Assembly (NCBI GenBank): GCA_028534125.1 | Contig: CM052839.1 | Coordinates: forward strand, 41,726,001 to 41,790,000 | Length of the DNA stretch: 64,000 nucleotides | DNA from: Lama glama | Lineage: Eukaryota | Direction of reading: 5' to 3' | Shown: piece after piece, positions 12,501 through 24,329 of the stretch | Layout: each line of letters starts with the position of its first letter | How positions within the stretch are numbered: position 1 is the stretch's first letter | Notes under the pieces: generated by a model | Told to the model about the DNA's origin: nothing | What the model saw: the letters and a program-made list of their open reading frames with translations, nothing else | Database searches by the model: none | Position numbers and translations under genes: made by a program

Positions 12501-15500
12501 GAGGTTCAGGTGTTCAGGGGAGGTGGAAGTGCCCAGGCTGGCATGGTTGGGAGGCAGCCTTGCAGAGGGAAAGTGTTGGAATGAGCAGCCCTTCTGGGGA
12601 AATAGAGCAGATATGGCTCCGTAGGCGTTTGCTGGGTCTGGCTGGTGTGCGGGACCGTGGGTGAGGCTGTTTCCCGCTTTCCATTCTCATCAGATGCCCT
12701 CAGGGATGGCAAGGAGATCAAGTGGCCAGATGCCATGTACCCAGACCTCCACATGCCCTTTGCACCATCCTGGTCCCTGCACTGGGCCTACAGAGATGGA
12801 CATCTGGTCAACCTGCCAGTTAGCCTGTTGGTAGAAGGAGACATCATAGCTCTGAGGCCCGGCCAAGAATCGTTTGCTTCTCTGAGGGGTATCAAGGTAG
12901 CTAGAAGCTTTTCTCCTTACCTAGAAGTCCTATGGGAATGTCCACCAACAATGGTGGGAGGGTCCGGGGGTTTAATCCTGGATGCTTCCCAGCCAGCTCC
13001 TAGGCTTCTTGGCAAGGGCTCTAGGAGAATGGAGAGAAGCTGGACCATCTTTCCCCTAGTCCCATTCTTTCTTCTCTTTGATCCTCAAGCTGCTAGGAAT
13101 CTGGTCCCCAGGCCCCACCCCTGCTGCCTCTTTGCTAACGGACGGTCCCTAACCCAGTGAGATTCCTCCAGTTAGCTGCAGCTGTCCAGGAAGAGTGGCT
13201 TCCACAGAACGCATGAATTACCCTCGCCCTCCTTCCCTTCATTGCTGGCAGGATGATGAGCACATCGTTTTGGAGCCAGGAGACCTGTTTCCCCCTTTCT
13301 CTCCGCCCCCCTCCCCCCGGGGAGAAGTGAAAAAAGGGCCACAGAACCCCCAGCAGCACCGGCTCTTCCGTGTCCTGGAGACCCCCGTGATTGACAACAT
13401 CAGGTAGGGGTGCTGCCCTGCCTTCCTCCTGTCCCCTGACTTCTCTGCCCCAGAGCCTCCTATGAGCAGGGGGTAGGGTGACAGGAAGGAGCCTTATTCA
13501 TACTGAGGCCCCTTAGGGCAGGCGTCTCCAGAGGCCCTTCTCTTTAGCATCTTGTGAGAATTCTCAGACTGGGTGATTGACCCCTGCTCAACAATCTGAA
13601 CTCTGAGGGGACATCTCTGGAGGCTGCCAGGGGCCACTGTCCGAGAGGCCACTTGGCTCGGGCCAGGGAATAGGAGGGGATTATAGGACCTGGTGATGCT
13701 CAGTGAAGGTGCAGGCTTCTGGCTCCTCCCCTGAGCAGGGCTCGCCTGAGTATAGGGTCACCTCTTCCTGCAGATGGTGCCTGGACATGGCGCTGTCCCG
13801 CCCAGTCACCGCCCTGGACAACGAGAGGTTCACGGTGCAGTCAGTGATGCTGCGCTACGCTGTGCCCGTGGTACTGGTACGTGAGGCGGGGCTGCGTAGG
13901 GTGGGGGAGGGGCCAGGAGACGGGGGAAGCTCAAGGCCAGACTCAGGTGAGCGTGCGAGTGAAGACTGAAGGGTCCCAGCACGAGCTGGCCAGTGCCGGG
14001 CACGGGCGTGAGTGGACAGAAGAAGGGGAGCTTTTGACTCTGGTCCCTTTCTAGTGGGGAGGGTAGATTAAGGCAGCATCTCTCCTGTATGCAACAGGCC
14101 AGCTTCCTCATCACCAATGCCCTGCGCTTCCTGCTGAATGCGCCTGGCGTCACGACCTGGCAGTACACCCTCCTCCAGCTGCAGGTAACGACTGCCCTCT
14201 CCTCTCTGCCTTGCTTTTCTCTTTCCCTTGAGGCTGGGTCTCCCTGTGGCTTCGAGCTTAAGAGCACGTGCTTCCCTTCCTCCCTTCCTGCCCCTTGTCC
14301 CCAGCTGTCCCCTTTTACTCAGGGGATGTCCCCAGGGCCAGGGAAGCCCTTCTCTCCCTCCCTCTGTCCCTCTGTCTTGCCAGCAGCTCTTTGGGGGCTC
14401 TTTGCTCTTCCCAGGTGAATGGCGTCCTGCCCATCCTGCCCCTGCTCTTCCCAGTCCTCTGGGTTCTGGCAACCGCCTGTGGAGAAGCCCGCGTCCTGGC
14501 CCAGATGAGCAAGGCCTCCCCCAGCTCCCTGGTAGGTTGTTCCAAGATATCCAGGGAACAGTGCAAAAAGAACCAAAAACAGGAACAAAGAGAGAGATGG
14601 GGTTGTGCCCCAGCAAACAGGGGCAGAAGTCCAGCCCCACTATGGGCCAGTGTGCTGGCAGGCCCTGGGCAGCTAGCCAAAGGGTTTGCCCTCTCCATCC
14701 ACACGGGCCTCCAGGCCAGGCCCTGAGAGTGGCTGAGCGTCCACCCTGGCTCTCAGCAGATGGGAGATTCAGGGGCTCCCTGGGTGTCCTTCATCAAAGG
14801 CGTTAGGAGCTTGGCTGGCATGAGGCCCCCACCCTGCCAGCTTGGAGGCTTGTGAGAGGGTGGCAGTTTCTTCCCTGAGACTCACGCCCTCTTCTCTGTG
14901 CAGCTGGCCAAGTTCTCGGAGGACACTCTCAGCAGCTATACGGAAGCCGTCTCCTCTCAGGTATGCTCCTGGGATGGATTCTGCCTCAGGCATTGTACAA
15001 CCGGCCTGAGCTCTCTCAAGCCCCTTCCAGAACCCTAGGGCTCCCCCCACTTTATGGCCTTTGAGCCTCCAGCAGGCTGTTGGAGCCCTCAGTCTACCCA
15101 ACCTACATGGGCAATGTGTCACTGCCCCGCTGGTCAAATGCCTCTCCAACCAACTTCCCAGTGCCCCCCGGACTGTTTCCTCTATTGGCCCCAGGGACCA
15201 TCTCCAGGGAAATATGGCTGAGCCCCAGATGGCCTTGCGGGCTTTGTCTCTGCCACCAGGAAATGCTGCGTTGCATTTGGGGCCACTTCCTGCGGGTGAT
15301 CCAGGGGACATCACCAACGCTGAGCCACAGCTCCAGCCTCCTGCACAGCTTGGGCTCTGTCACGGTGAGGGCAGCCCCGCCGGAGGACGTGACCTCCGCA
15401 GGCCTGTTGTCTGGCCATGTTGGGGGCACTTCAGGGCCCCTGGCAACTTGGGGAATGCCAAGCCCCCTTCCCGACCCCATGTCTCCCTGCAGGTCCTGTG

Positions 15501-18500
15501 CTGTGTGGACAAACAGGGGATCCTGTCTTGGCCAAACCCCAGCCCAGAGACGGTGCTGTTCTTCAGTGGGAAGGTGGAGCCCCCGCACAGCAGCCACGAG
15601 GACCTAACAGATGACCTGTCCACCCGCTCCTTCTGCCATCCTGAGGTGGAGGAGGAGGTATGGCCAGCGTCTGTGGGCCCAGCTCTGGGCCCGGCTGGTG
15701 GCCTCAGGGAGGGTGGGGCTAGGAGGGAGGAGGAGGGCTCAGGCACTATCAGGATCTGCTTCTGAGCACTTCAGGCCGAGCCACTAGACGAGGCACAGAG
15801 GGGACTCACCCACCCTGCCTCCCTGGCCCGCAGCAGCTGACAGGACCCCGGTCCAAGGCCTGTGCTCCTTGTCCTCCTCAGCCCCACGAACGAGATGCCC
15901 TCCTGGCCGGCTCCCTGAACACTGCCCTGCACCTTTCCAATGAGCAGGAGCGTGGCGACTGGCCAGGTGATGGTCCCAAGGTCCCTGAACCCTACTCTCA
16001 CCACAAAGCACACGGCCGCAGCAAGCACCTGTCTGGCTCCAATGTGAGCTTCAGCAAAGACACAGAGGGCGGTGAAGAAGACCCCGGCAAGGTGAGGGGA
16101 GAGGACGGGGAGCAGCCATCTCGCTCAGCCTCAGGGTGTCCTGGTCTCCCCGCCCAAGGGGCCACAGGGGTGCAGCCCAGCCTGGAGCACAGATGTCTTG
16201 GCCTCTGTTCTTGGGCCTTCTGAGGCCCTGCCTGGGACTCTTCTATGAAGTAAGCCCTTCCCCCCTTTCTGGGGGTCTCACTGATGGTCGTAATTGGTTG
16301 GGGCAAAACCCTTCTTCCTAATCACAACCTTCTAAAGACAGAAAGCCAGTGGCTCCCTCTAAAAATATTTCCCCTGGCTAAGAAAGGTCCTTGGCTTTTT
16401 CTTGCTTGGTCTGGTCAGCCTCCTTTCAGGTAGCGCCTGTGTTGTTGGGCATAGATTCTAGAAGCAGCCAGGAGCCAGGAAGGACGGGGAGAGGGTTTCA
16501 GGAGGAACGGGAGAGTGTGAGTGTGAGTGTGCCCTGCGGGGAAGGGCTGCCTTCTCTCGGGGCGTTGCCCCTGCGCCCCTTCCTGTCTGAGGCCCCCCTC
16601 CCCTCCATGTGTCCTCCAGACCCCGCGCGGGCTGGAGGGCGAGCCCTACGAAGCTGAGGACTTTGTGTGTGACTACCACCTGGAGATGCTGAGCCTGTCC
16701 CAGGACCAGCAGAACCCCTCCTGCATCCAGTTTGATGACTCCAACTGGCAGCTCCACCTCACCTCCCTCAAGCCCCTGGGCCTCAACGTGCTGCTCAACC
16801 TGTGCAGCGCTGGCGTCACCGAGCGGCTGTGCCGGTTCTCGGACCACCTGTGCAACATCGCCCTGCAGGAGAGCCACAGCGCGGTGCTGCCCGTGCACGT
16901 GCCCTGGGGCCTCTGCGAGCTCGCCCGCCTCATCGGTACGTGGCCACCGGCCTCTTCCCAGAGGCTGGCCACCGACTCCAAACACATCGAGCCCGGGCAT
17001 GGCATTGGCCAAGGGCACCACCAACCCTTAGAGCTTCTGATCATTCCCTTTAACTGCCACTGGACAGCATCTCCTCATCTGGGAATGTAACTGTGGGATG
17101 GACAGGCGGAGGGACGCAGCCCAGCCTGCCTAGGTTTCTCTCCCTACCAGGGAGGGAGGTGCAGGGGTGTGGGCTTACTTCCTGAGTTGCCGTCCCTCCT
17201 TCTACAGGCTTCACTCCTGGGGCAAAGGATCTCTTCAAGCAGGGGAACCACCTTGCTCTCTACCGCCTCCCCAGTGCCGAGACCATGAAGGAGACCTCGC
17301 TGGGGAGGCTCTCCTGTGTCACTAAGCGGCGCCCCCCACTCAGCCACATGATCAGCCTCTTCATCAAGGACACCACCACCAGTGAGCCTCCAGGGGCTCC
17401 ACCTGCATCAGGCCAAACTTCCCAAGAGCTGGGCGGGGCAGGGCTCTTTTTAGGGCATCCCTTTTCAGGGACAGCTGGACTGACGAGCATTAGACTGCTC
17501 CCTGAGACGTCACACATGGCAGGGATTGGATTTGGGCACCGCAACTGGGACGGTGGTGGCCACACATGATGGGACCGTCTGGAGGGTGGGCAGCTCAGTG
17601 CCTGTGTTAGGTACCCAGCGATGTTCCCTGCAGGTTTGCTGCATGAGGCCTGGGGAGTTCCCACCCACCCTGAGAATTCCTTAGCACCCTTCTCAAGGAT
17701 GGCAGTGTGTCACTGGAGGTCAGAGTGAGGGGTGGGGTGGTTTGGGGAGCTCACAGCTTGGCCTGCCTCTCCCCCCACCACCCACAGGCACAGAACAGAT
17801 GCTGTCTCATGGCACAGCTGACGTGGTCTTGGAGGCCTGCACGGACTTCTGGGATGGAGCCGACATCTACCCTCTCTCGGGTTCCGACAGGTAAGGAAGG
17901 AAGCACAGGCTGGTGGTGAGGGCAGTCAGCTCTGGAGGTCTGCCTGCCTGGCTCCCAGGCACGGGGTCATCCCAGGACCACTCACCTCACTTCTGCCCTG
18001 CTTTCCTGGCAGAAAGAAAGTGCTGGATTTCTATCAGCGAGCCTGCCTGTCTGGTTACTGCTCTGCCTTTGCCTACAAGCCCATGAGCTGTGCGCTATCC
18101 TCCCAGCTCAACGGCAAGTGCATTGAGTTGGTTCAGGCGCCCGGCCAGAGCAGCATCTTCACCATGTGCGAGCTGCCCAGCACCATCCCCATCAAGCTGA
18201 GCGCCCGCCGTGGCAGCTGGAGCTCTGACGGTACCACGCATGCCGTCCCTGGGGGCCGGGGGCAGGGAGGGCTTCTGGGGGCCCGGACTCCATTGTAGCA
18301 GAGGGGACAGCAGGCATAGCAGTGGACCTGGAACACCATAGTGGCTCTTACGGTCCAGTGATGTGGGCGAGTCCCTTAGTCTTCTCATCTATAACCAGGT
18401 GCTCACAGGTTTATTGTGCCGCTCTGGTGGGATGACATAGAGGTGAGCCCTTTCTTGGACAGTGATAAAGCAGCAGCATGTATAGAGCAGTAGCTGTATT

Positions 18501-21500
18501 CAAATTAGACAAAAGACTGGCTCACACACCTGCTGGAACAGAGAGACTCAGAGCTCCACCCACCCTTCCCCACTCGGTCAAACACACAGCCTTATGGGGT
18601 CTTATGACCCAAGAGACCATGAACTGAAGCTGTTGATGAGGGTGGGGCCTGCCCCCTAGCCCTGGACCAGGGATTGTCACCTGACTGATGAGTACCTTTC
18701 ATTGTCTTTTCTCCTGTGTCGTGTCCATTGGCTCCTTTATGTCTTGGCTGTGTGTGTGTGTGTGTGTGTGTGGCTGTATGTATGTGGTCCCCCGGGGCCC
18801 GTGTGCTCATTGATTTGGGTGTGGCATCTCTGTGTGTGGCTCTGGGCTGCCTCCTGGAATCTGTTGGTTCCTGGGTGTCCTGCCCGGGCTATGACCTGGC
18901 CGGGCTCTGTGNNNNNNNNNNNNNNNNNNNNNNNNNNNNNNNNNNNNNNNNNNNNNNNNNNNNNNNNNNNNNNNNNNNNNNNNNNNNNNNNNNNNNNNNN
19001 NNNNNNNNNNNNNNNNNNNNNNNNNNNNNNNNNNNNNNNNNNNTGACGGGCTGGTCAATGCCTGCATCCGCTTTGTCTACTTCTCTTTGGAGGATGAGCT
19101 CAAAAGCAAGGTGGGGGACCTGCCTCCTCTGTGGCCACTGACCCTTTGCCCCACAGGCTTTTGGGCCCATCTGTTCATTGCCATCTGCTTTGTGCAGGTG
19201 TTTGCAGAAAAGATGGGCCTGGAGACAGGCTGGAATTGCCACATCTCCCTCACACCCAATGGTGATGTGCCTGGCTCGGAGATCCCCCCATCCAGCCCCA
19301 GCCATGCTGGCTCCCTGCATGATGACCTGAATCAGGGTGAGGGCAAAGATTTGGTGTGGGAACGAGGTGGGGGTGGGCTGTTCCCCATCCTTGGAGCCAT
19401 AGCTAGAAAGAGCTTCCATGGATTCCTTCCCAATACATACCTTCCCTTGGAAAATGGCTTCAATCTCCCTGTGGTAGCAGCAGTCGACAGGTGGGGGAGA
19501 GGAGGCCTGGAGGCAGGAGGTTATATGCCATCTGTGGGGCAAGGAAAGGCCCCCAGAAGGCTGACCCCAAGGTGAGGGACAGGCTTTGTCCCCACAGTGT
19601 CCCGAGATGATGCGGAAGGTCTCCTCCTGATGGAGGAGGAAGGTCACTCAGATCTCATTAGCTTCCAGCCTACGGACAGCGACCTCCCCAGCTTCCTGGA
19701 GGACTGCAACCGGGTACGGAGGCAGGGTCCATGCCCCGAGAGTCCCGGGGGTGGTGCGTGGCTGGTCCAGGGCCAAGGAGGGAGGGAGGAGGGACCCTGA
19801 GGCCACTGGCATCTCTGCTTTCTCCAGGCCAAGCTGCCCCGGGGCATCCACCAAGTACGGCCCCACCTGCAGAACATCGACAATGTGCCCCTGCTAGTGC
19901 CTCTCTTCACCGACTGTACCCCTGAGAGTGAGTACTGCGGCCATGGCTACTCAGCCAGACCAGCCCTTCTGCCGAGCATTGCCAGCACCTGGGCACCCGG
20001 TGGGCCCTGGAGGGGATGTTGGCTTCCCACGCAGGGAGCAAAGGAACCTGGCTCGGGAAGAGCTGGGGAGTCTGGTGGGCTGGAGCTGTGGGTGACCCAT
20101 TCTAGAGAGTCAGAAGTGACAATATTCATACGATGTTCATGAAACTGGGGACAGGATGGTCCCAAAGAGGGGCCCGTTTTCCCTTGTCTCTTGCTCTGTC
20201 CTGTCTCTGCCCAGCACCCCAGCTGGGGCTCTGCCTCCCTGACTCTTGTGCTCCCCCCTCTGCTCCCTTAGCCATGTGTGAGATGATCAAGATCATGCAG
20301 GAGTACGGGGAGGTGACTTGCTGCCTGGGCAGCTCTGCCAACCTGCGGAACAGCTGCCTTTTCCTCCAGAGCGACATCAGGTCAGGGTAACACCCTGCAG
20401 CCGGGGGCCAGCCTCTACCTCCCAGAGACCCCAGAGTCGGGCTGGCATATCCCTGGGAGTGTATTCCACAACCAGTCTTGCCCTGGTTGGGACCAAGGGA
20501 TCTGGGCATGGTGGGGAGAAGAGGGGGCAGGTACTTGCTCAGTCCTGTGGGAGATGGGGTCTTGGCAGAGTGCAGCTCATGGGTCCATTTCGCCCCCTAT
20601 GCTGAGCAGCATTGCCCTGGATCCCCTGTACCCATCCCGCTGCTCCTGGGAGACCTTTGGCTATGCCACCAGCACCAGCATGGCCCAGGCCTCGGACGGC
20701 CTTGCTCCTCTGCAGCTCTCGGGGCAGCTTAACAGCCTGCCCTGCTCCCTGACCTTTCGCCAGGAGGAGACCATCAGCATCATCCGGCTCATCGAGCAGG
20801 TGGGGGCTCAGGCGGGCGAGGGGGCGGGGCTCAGGGTCTGCTTGGGGTGGGGAGTTGCAACCCAGGATCCACCTGGGCTCCCAAGGGTGGTTCATCTCCA
20901 GGCGATGCCCTCCCAGGCAGTTTAGTTTGCCTCCACCCCTTCCTAGCAGGAGCATCTGGGGCACCTGGCCCTTGGCTGAAGCTTGTCAGCTATAGGGCCT
21001 GAGAGAGGCCACAATCTGTCCCTCCTGGTCCCTAGGCTCGGCACGCCACCTACGGCATTCGAAAATGCTTCCTCTTCTTGCTGCAGTGCCAGCTGACTCT
21101 CGTGGTCATCCAGGTGAGGTGAAGCCAGCACGGGCGTTGCCCCTCCATGCTGGCTTCTTCGCTCAAGAGCCCACTGAGAGTCTAGGAGGCTGTATCACAG
21201 CCTAGGGGGGCCTCCAGAGCATCTGTGAAACCCCTGGGCTTTTGGAAATGACTCCATTGGCAGAGTAGTGTCCCGTCCAGCTGTATCCTCTCAGCCAGGG
21301 TGTGAGTCTCTGTCTGGGCGCAGGGCGAGGCAGCCCTGGGGCTCCCAGCATATGACTATTTGCCAGAATCTAATCGAGCTTCCTGGCTCCTCCTGGTCCA
21401 GTTCCTCTCTTGCCTCGTCCAGCTGCCGCCAATCCTGAGTACCACCGATATCCTGTGGCTGTCCTGCTTTTGCTACCCTCTGCTCAGGTGAGAGGCCAGG

Positions 21501-23178
21501 CCACCCCTCCAAGCCCAGGCAGGCAGGGTTGGAATGTCACCGAGCATCCCCCTGGAGCCCAGGTTCAGGAAGCCATGCTCAGTGCCTACCTCCTCTGGCA
21601 CAGGAGGCCCTGGGGGACTTTCTCCCTCTTGTCTTATCCCATTTGCCCAGCAGACTTGAGCTCACTCTCAAGACTGTCAGAAGGTTTTCCACATAGGAAC
21701 TGGGGGACAGAGGGTCACAGTTGCCACCCTTCACCAAGTCTCTGCTTTTCAGCATTTCTCTGCTGGGGAAGCCACCCCATAGCTCCATCATGTCTATGGC
21801 AACGGGGAAGAATCTTCAGTCCATTCCTAAGAAGGTACGCGTGGGGTGGGGCCCTGTGAGCCTGGGCCTTTCCTGAGGAATGTGAGTGCAGAGGGGGATG
21901 GGAGGATTTCATCAGAACGTCCCCAGACCAAAGGGGAGGCGGTGGCACAGAGCTGGGAAAGATCCTTGCTGCTTATCCCCCGGGCCTGCCCACTGGCCAA
22001 GAACCCCGTTGAATCACGGCCGCCATGGGAGTGATGGCCTCCTCCTTCCCGCAGACCCAGCACTACTTCCTGCTCTGCTTCTTACTCAAGTTCAGCCTCA
22101 CCATCAGCTCGTGCCTCATCTGCTTTGGCTTCACCCTGCAGAGCTTCTGCGACAGCTCCCGGGCCCGTAACCTCACCAACTGCTCCTCCATCATGCTGCC
22201 CAGGTGGGTCTCCCCGCCAACCCTCTCCGCCCCAGTCCACTTCCCTGGGGCCTAGAGGAGGCTGAGCCCACACTTTGCTTTGGCAGCCACGCCAACACGG
22301 CTCCAGCCTGGTTTGACGACTTTGCCAATGGGCTGCTGCCGGCTCAGAAGCTCGCCGCCGCCCTTACTGTCCTACACACTGGTGAGGGGCTCCCTGGGAG
22401 GGGCCGATGGGGGCAGGTGGGGCACCCCAAGGACAAGGCCCCGGGTGGTGGGAAGTCTGACACCTGCCACCGACCCCATTTTTTCCAGTCTTCATCTCCA
22501 TCACCCACGTGCATCGCACCAAGCCCCTGTGGAGAAAGAGCCCCTTGACGAACCTCTGGTGGGCCATGACGGTGCCCGTGGTGTGAGTCTCGCTGGGAAG
22601 GAGGGCAGGAGCAGGGAGGGGCTGCAGTAGGCCTGTAATTTGAGGCAGGGCTTGGGCCAGAGGTTGAAGGGTGCCCTGCATGAGCTACTCCTGCTGGAAG
22701 GAAATGGAAGGAAGCAAGAGACCCTGGCTGACGCCGGAATGCCACCTCCTACAGGCTGCTGGGGCAGGTAGTCCAGACGGCAGTGGACCTGCAGCTGTGG
22801 ACACACACGGATAGCCACGTCCACTTTGGCCTGGAGGATGTGCCTCTGCTGACGTGGCTCCTGGGCTGCCTCTCCCTGGTCCTCGTGGTGGTCACCAACG
22901 AGATCGTGAAGCTGCATGAGATTCGGTAAGCCACCTGCCCGGTGCCCCTTCCAGGCTTGGGCATGTTCCCTGAGCCCATCACCTCCTGGGCACCGCTCCC
23001 CCACCCTCCCACTGCCCATGCCTCCCTTCTCCTCGGGTGTCCTGCCTGTCCCCTGGCCTGGGGGGTCTGGGCTAACCTGAACTTTATAATCTCCCGCCCC
23101 ACCAGGGTCCGGGTCCGGTACCAGAAGCGACAGAAGCTGCAGTTTGAAACTAAGCTGGGCATGAACTCTCCCTTCTGA
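486..23178 (+). CDS. TMEM94: Transmembrane protein 94 (KIAA0195 / ERMA), P-type-ATPase-like multipass ER membrane protein; 31 coding exons, ~1360 aa
   Basis: GT-AG exon chain with consistent phase: 486-509,10175-10294,10627-10754,11034-11170,12694-12896,13252-13403,13774-13876,14098-14184,14415-14531,14904-14960,15260-15364,15493-15657,15882-16091,16620-16935,17208-17381,17788-17890,18013-18230,(~18929, start in N gap)-19110,19198-19336,19598-19713,19828-19927,20272-20380,20610-20799,21036-21113,21402-21487,21753-21834,22055-22203,22287-22381,22489-22582,22755-22925,23106-23178. Translation MDLKEKHT|GEPPLALGLSTRKAL...CCVDKQGILSWPNPS...QFETKLGMNSPF* is recognisable as TMEM94. Confidence 0.96.
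1410..1555 (-). mobile_element. tRNA-Ala-derived SINE (camelid vic-1-like) with A/T-rich tail
   Basis: Reverse complement GGGAGGAGAGTGTAGCTCAGTGATAGAACACATGCTTAGCACACATGAGGTCCTGGGTTCAATCCCCAGTACTTCC (A box, B box), followed by an A-rich tail. Confidence 0.85.
1702..1890 (+). mobile_element. tRNA-Ala-derived SINE (camelid vic-1-like) with A-rich tail
   Basis: GGGGAGGGTATAGCTCAGTGGTATAG...TAGCATGCACGAGGTCCTGGATTCAATTCCCC then aaataaacctaaaattacctccccc and an A-rich tail. Confidence 0.85.
1960..2075 (+). mobile_element. LINE-2 3' end fragment
   Basis: cctagcatagaacctggcatgtagcaagggcttagtaaatatttattgacttgaa resembles the L2 3' terminus. Confidence 0.6.
2345..2430. mobile_element. Probable MER91-like DNA transposon fragment
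   Basis: ggttgcaagggctgtgcactactcaattccagggagcacc resembles the MER91 core; from memory only. Confidence 0.4.
4906..4959 (+). CDS. TMEM94: Alternative first coding exon of TMEM94 (MLFKQAELWMAHQGKRNK)
   Basis: ATG at 4906, 18 codons, consensus donor AAA|GTGAGT at 4960, phase 0, in frame with exon 10175. Resembles the N-terminus of an alternative TMEM94 isoform as I recall it. Confidence 0.8.
8395..8540. mobile_element. MER5-like hAT-Charlie MITE
   Basis: ttctgattcagtacatctggggtggggcctggacatc...aagctccaggtgtttctg is typical of MER5A. Confidence 0.6.
8575..9400 (-). mobile_element. Degenerate LINE-2 fragments
   Basis: ttcattcagcaggtattcactgagc...tgtgccaggcactgt (reverse L2 3' end) followed by L2-body-like segments. 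Confidence 0.55.
11860..12485. mobile_element. LINE-2 fragments (both orientations)
   Basis: cacgtgccaggcactggg..., ttcttcaagacccatcttaaatg... and gtgaaatgtgtttgaatggaa. Confidence 0.5.
18749..18772 (+). repeat. (TG)12 microsatellite in a TG-rich intron
   Basis: Read directly. Confidence 0.95.
18912..19043. other. Sequence gap (132 N) hiding the acceptor and 5' part of a TMEM94 exon
   Basis: Run of N; the sequence after it resumes in frame (DGLVNACIRFVYF). Confidence 0.95.
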
Positions 23179-23932
23179 GCCACTGACCATGGTGGCCATA
23201 GTTGCCCTGATTCCTGAGTCTAAAACCAGGCCAATTTTTGAGTCTGGAGTTTGATATCATGAATGTTTCAGAGTTTGCTCTTGTGCCCCATGGCACTGGT
23301 GGCCCCACTCCCGGTGTCAGACCCAGCTGTTGTCCTGACCCTTGGGGCTTACAGAGGATGCTGACCTGTGGCCTCGGCGTCAGGACAGTCTGGCTCTTCC
23401 TTGGGCCTCACCGTGGGGGGAAGCCCCTGGACTCCTGAATGTATGACCTTGTGCGCTTAATAGAGGGGCCCTCAGCTTCTTCCACCTGTGAGCCACCCCT
23501 CTGTCAGGGTCCCGTAATACAGTGCCCTCTGCTCTTGGGTCTGAGCTCCAATTTTTTGTAGAAGAGCAGTGGCAGCAGCCCTGGGGGTTCTGAACAACTC
23601 CCTCAGCCACTGTTGAAGGCAGGGATGGTGGTCGTCCTCTGTGCTCCTCTCATCCTGTCTTCCTGGGGCAGGGGCCTGGATTTGGCCCTGAGGACCTTCC
23701 CTCCCTCCCTCTGTGGGGGAGCCTCATGCTCAGACCCGACGATGGAGCAGAGCCCCCGCCTCGCCCTGGAACCTCTTCCTGTGCCTCCCCTGGCTGGCCG
23801 CAAGTCCGTCTTGGGGATACGGCCCAGGGCTCCTGTTAGCTCCCTGCCCTAGTTCTCCTGTGAGGATGTTTTTACTGGTGTATATTTTTTACTGGAAATG
23901 AGCCTTTTAGGAACGAATGTAGACTGATTTGT

Positions 23933-23938
23933 ATTAAA
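23933..23938 (+). terminator. TMEM94: TMEM94 proximal polyadenylation signal ATTAAA
   Basis: ATTAAA ~750 nt after the stop, preceded by U-rich and TGTA elements and followed by a GT-containing tract. Confidence 0.65.
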
Positions 23939-24169
23939 ACTTATAAATTGCTTAAGAAAAACCTGTGGCTGGTCCATGAGGCAGCCACTAAGGGGCCCAC
24001 TCAAGGCTTGGGCCAGTGAGGGAGCCCCAGTGGTGAGGAGGGGAGATGGCCCACACCTTCTTCCTTCCCACATTGGCGGGAGTGCTCAGGTCCAGCTCAG
24101 GTGCGACCCTGGGCTCAGAGGTCCACGGCACAGATCCAAACACACAGTGTGATCACGTGGAATGACACT

Positions 24170-24175
24170 TTCATT
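24170..24175 (-). terminator. CASKIN2: Candidate CASKIN2 polyadenylation signal (variant AATGAA)
   Basis: I saw no AATAAA on the - strand near the 3' end. AATGAA is followed ~20-40 nt downstream by a GU-rich element (actgtgtgtttggatctgtg). Confidence 0.5.
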
Positions 24176-24323
24176 GGTGTTAGTTTCGGGAAGAGGTTAA
24201 TGGTTACAGAACCGAGGCCCGGGCCAACCAGGTCAGGCTTCCAGCCCTGAGGTGGGCAGTGGGTGCTCCTGCTGTGGTCCGAAGCCCCTCCCCCACTGCG
24301 TCCTCTCAGGCAGTTATAGATAG

Positions 24324-24329
24324 AATAAA
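24324..24329 (+). terminator. TMEM94: Candidate TMEM94 distal polyadenylation signal AATAAA
   Basis: Canonical AATAAA on + strand within an AT-rich patch that is also CASKIN2 3' UTR on the - strand. Confidence 0.45.

Noticed and set aside
18702-19647. ORFs spanning N runs (also 25253-26083)
   Set aside because: Lengths are inflated by X codons from the gaps.
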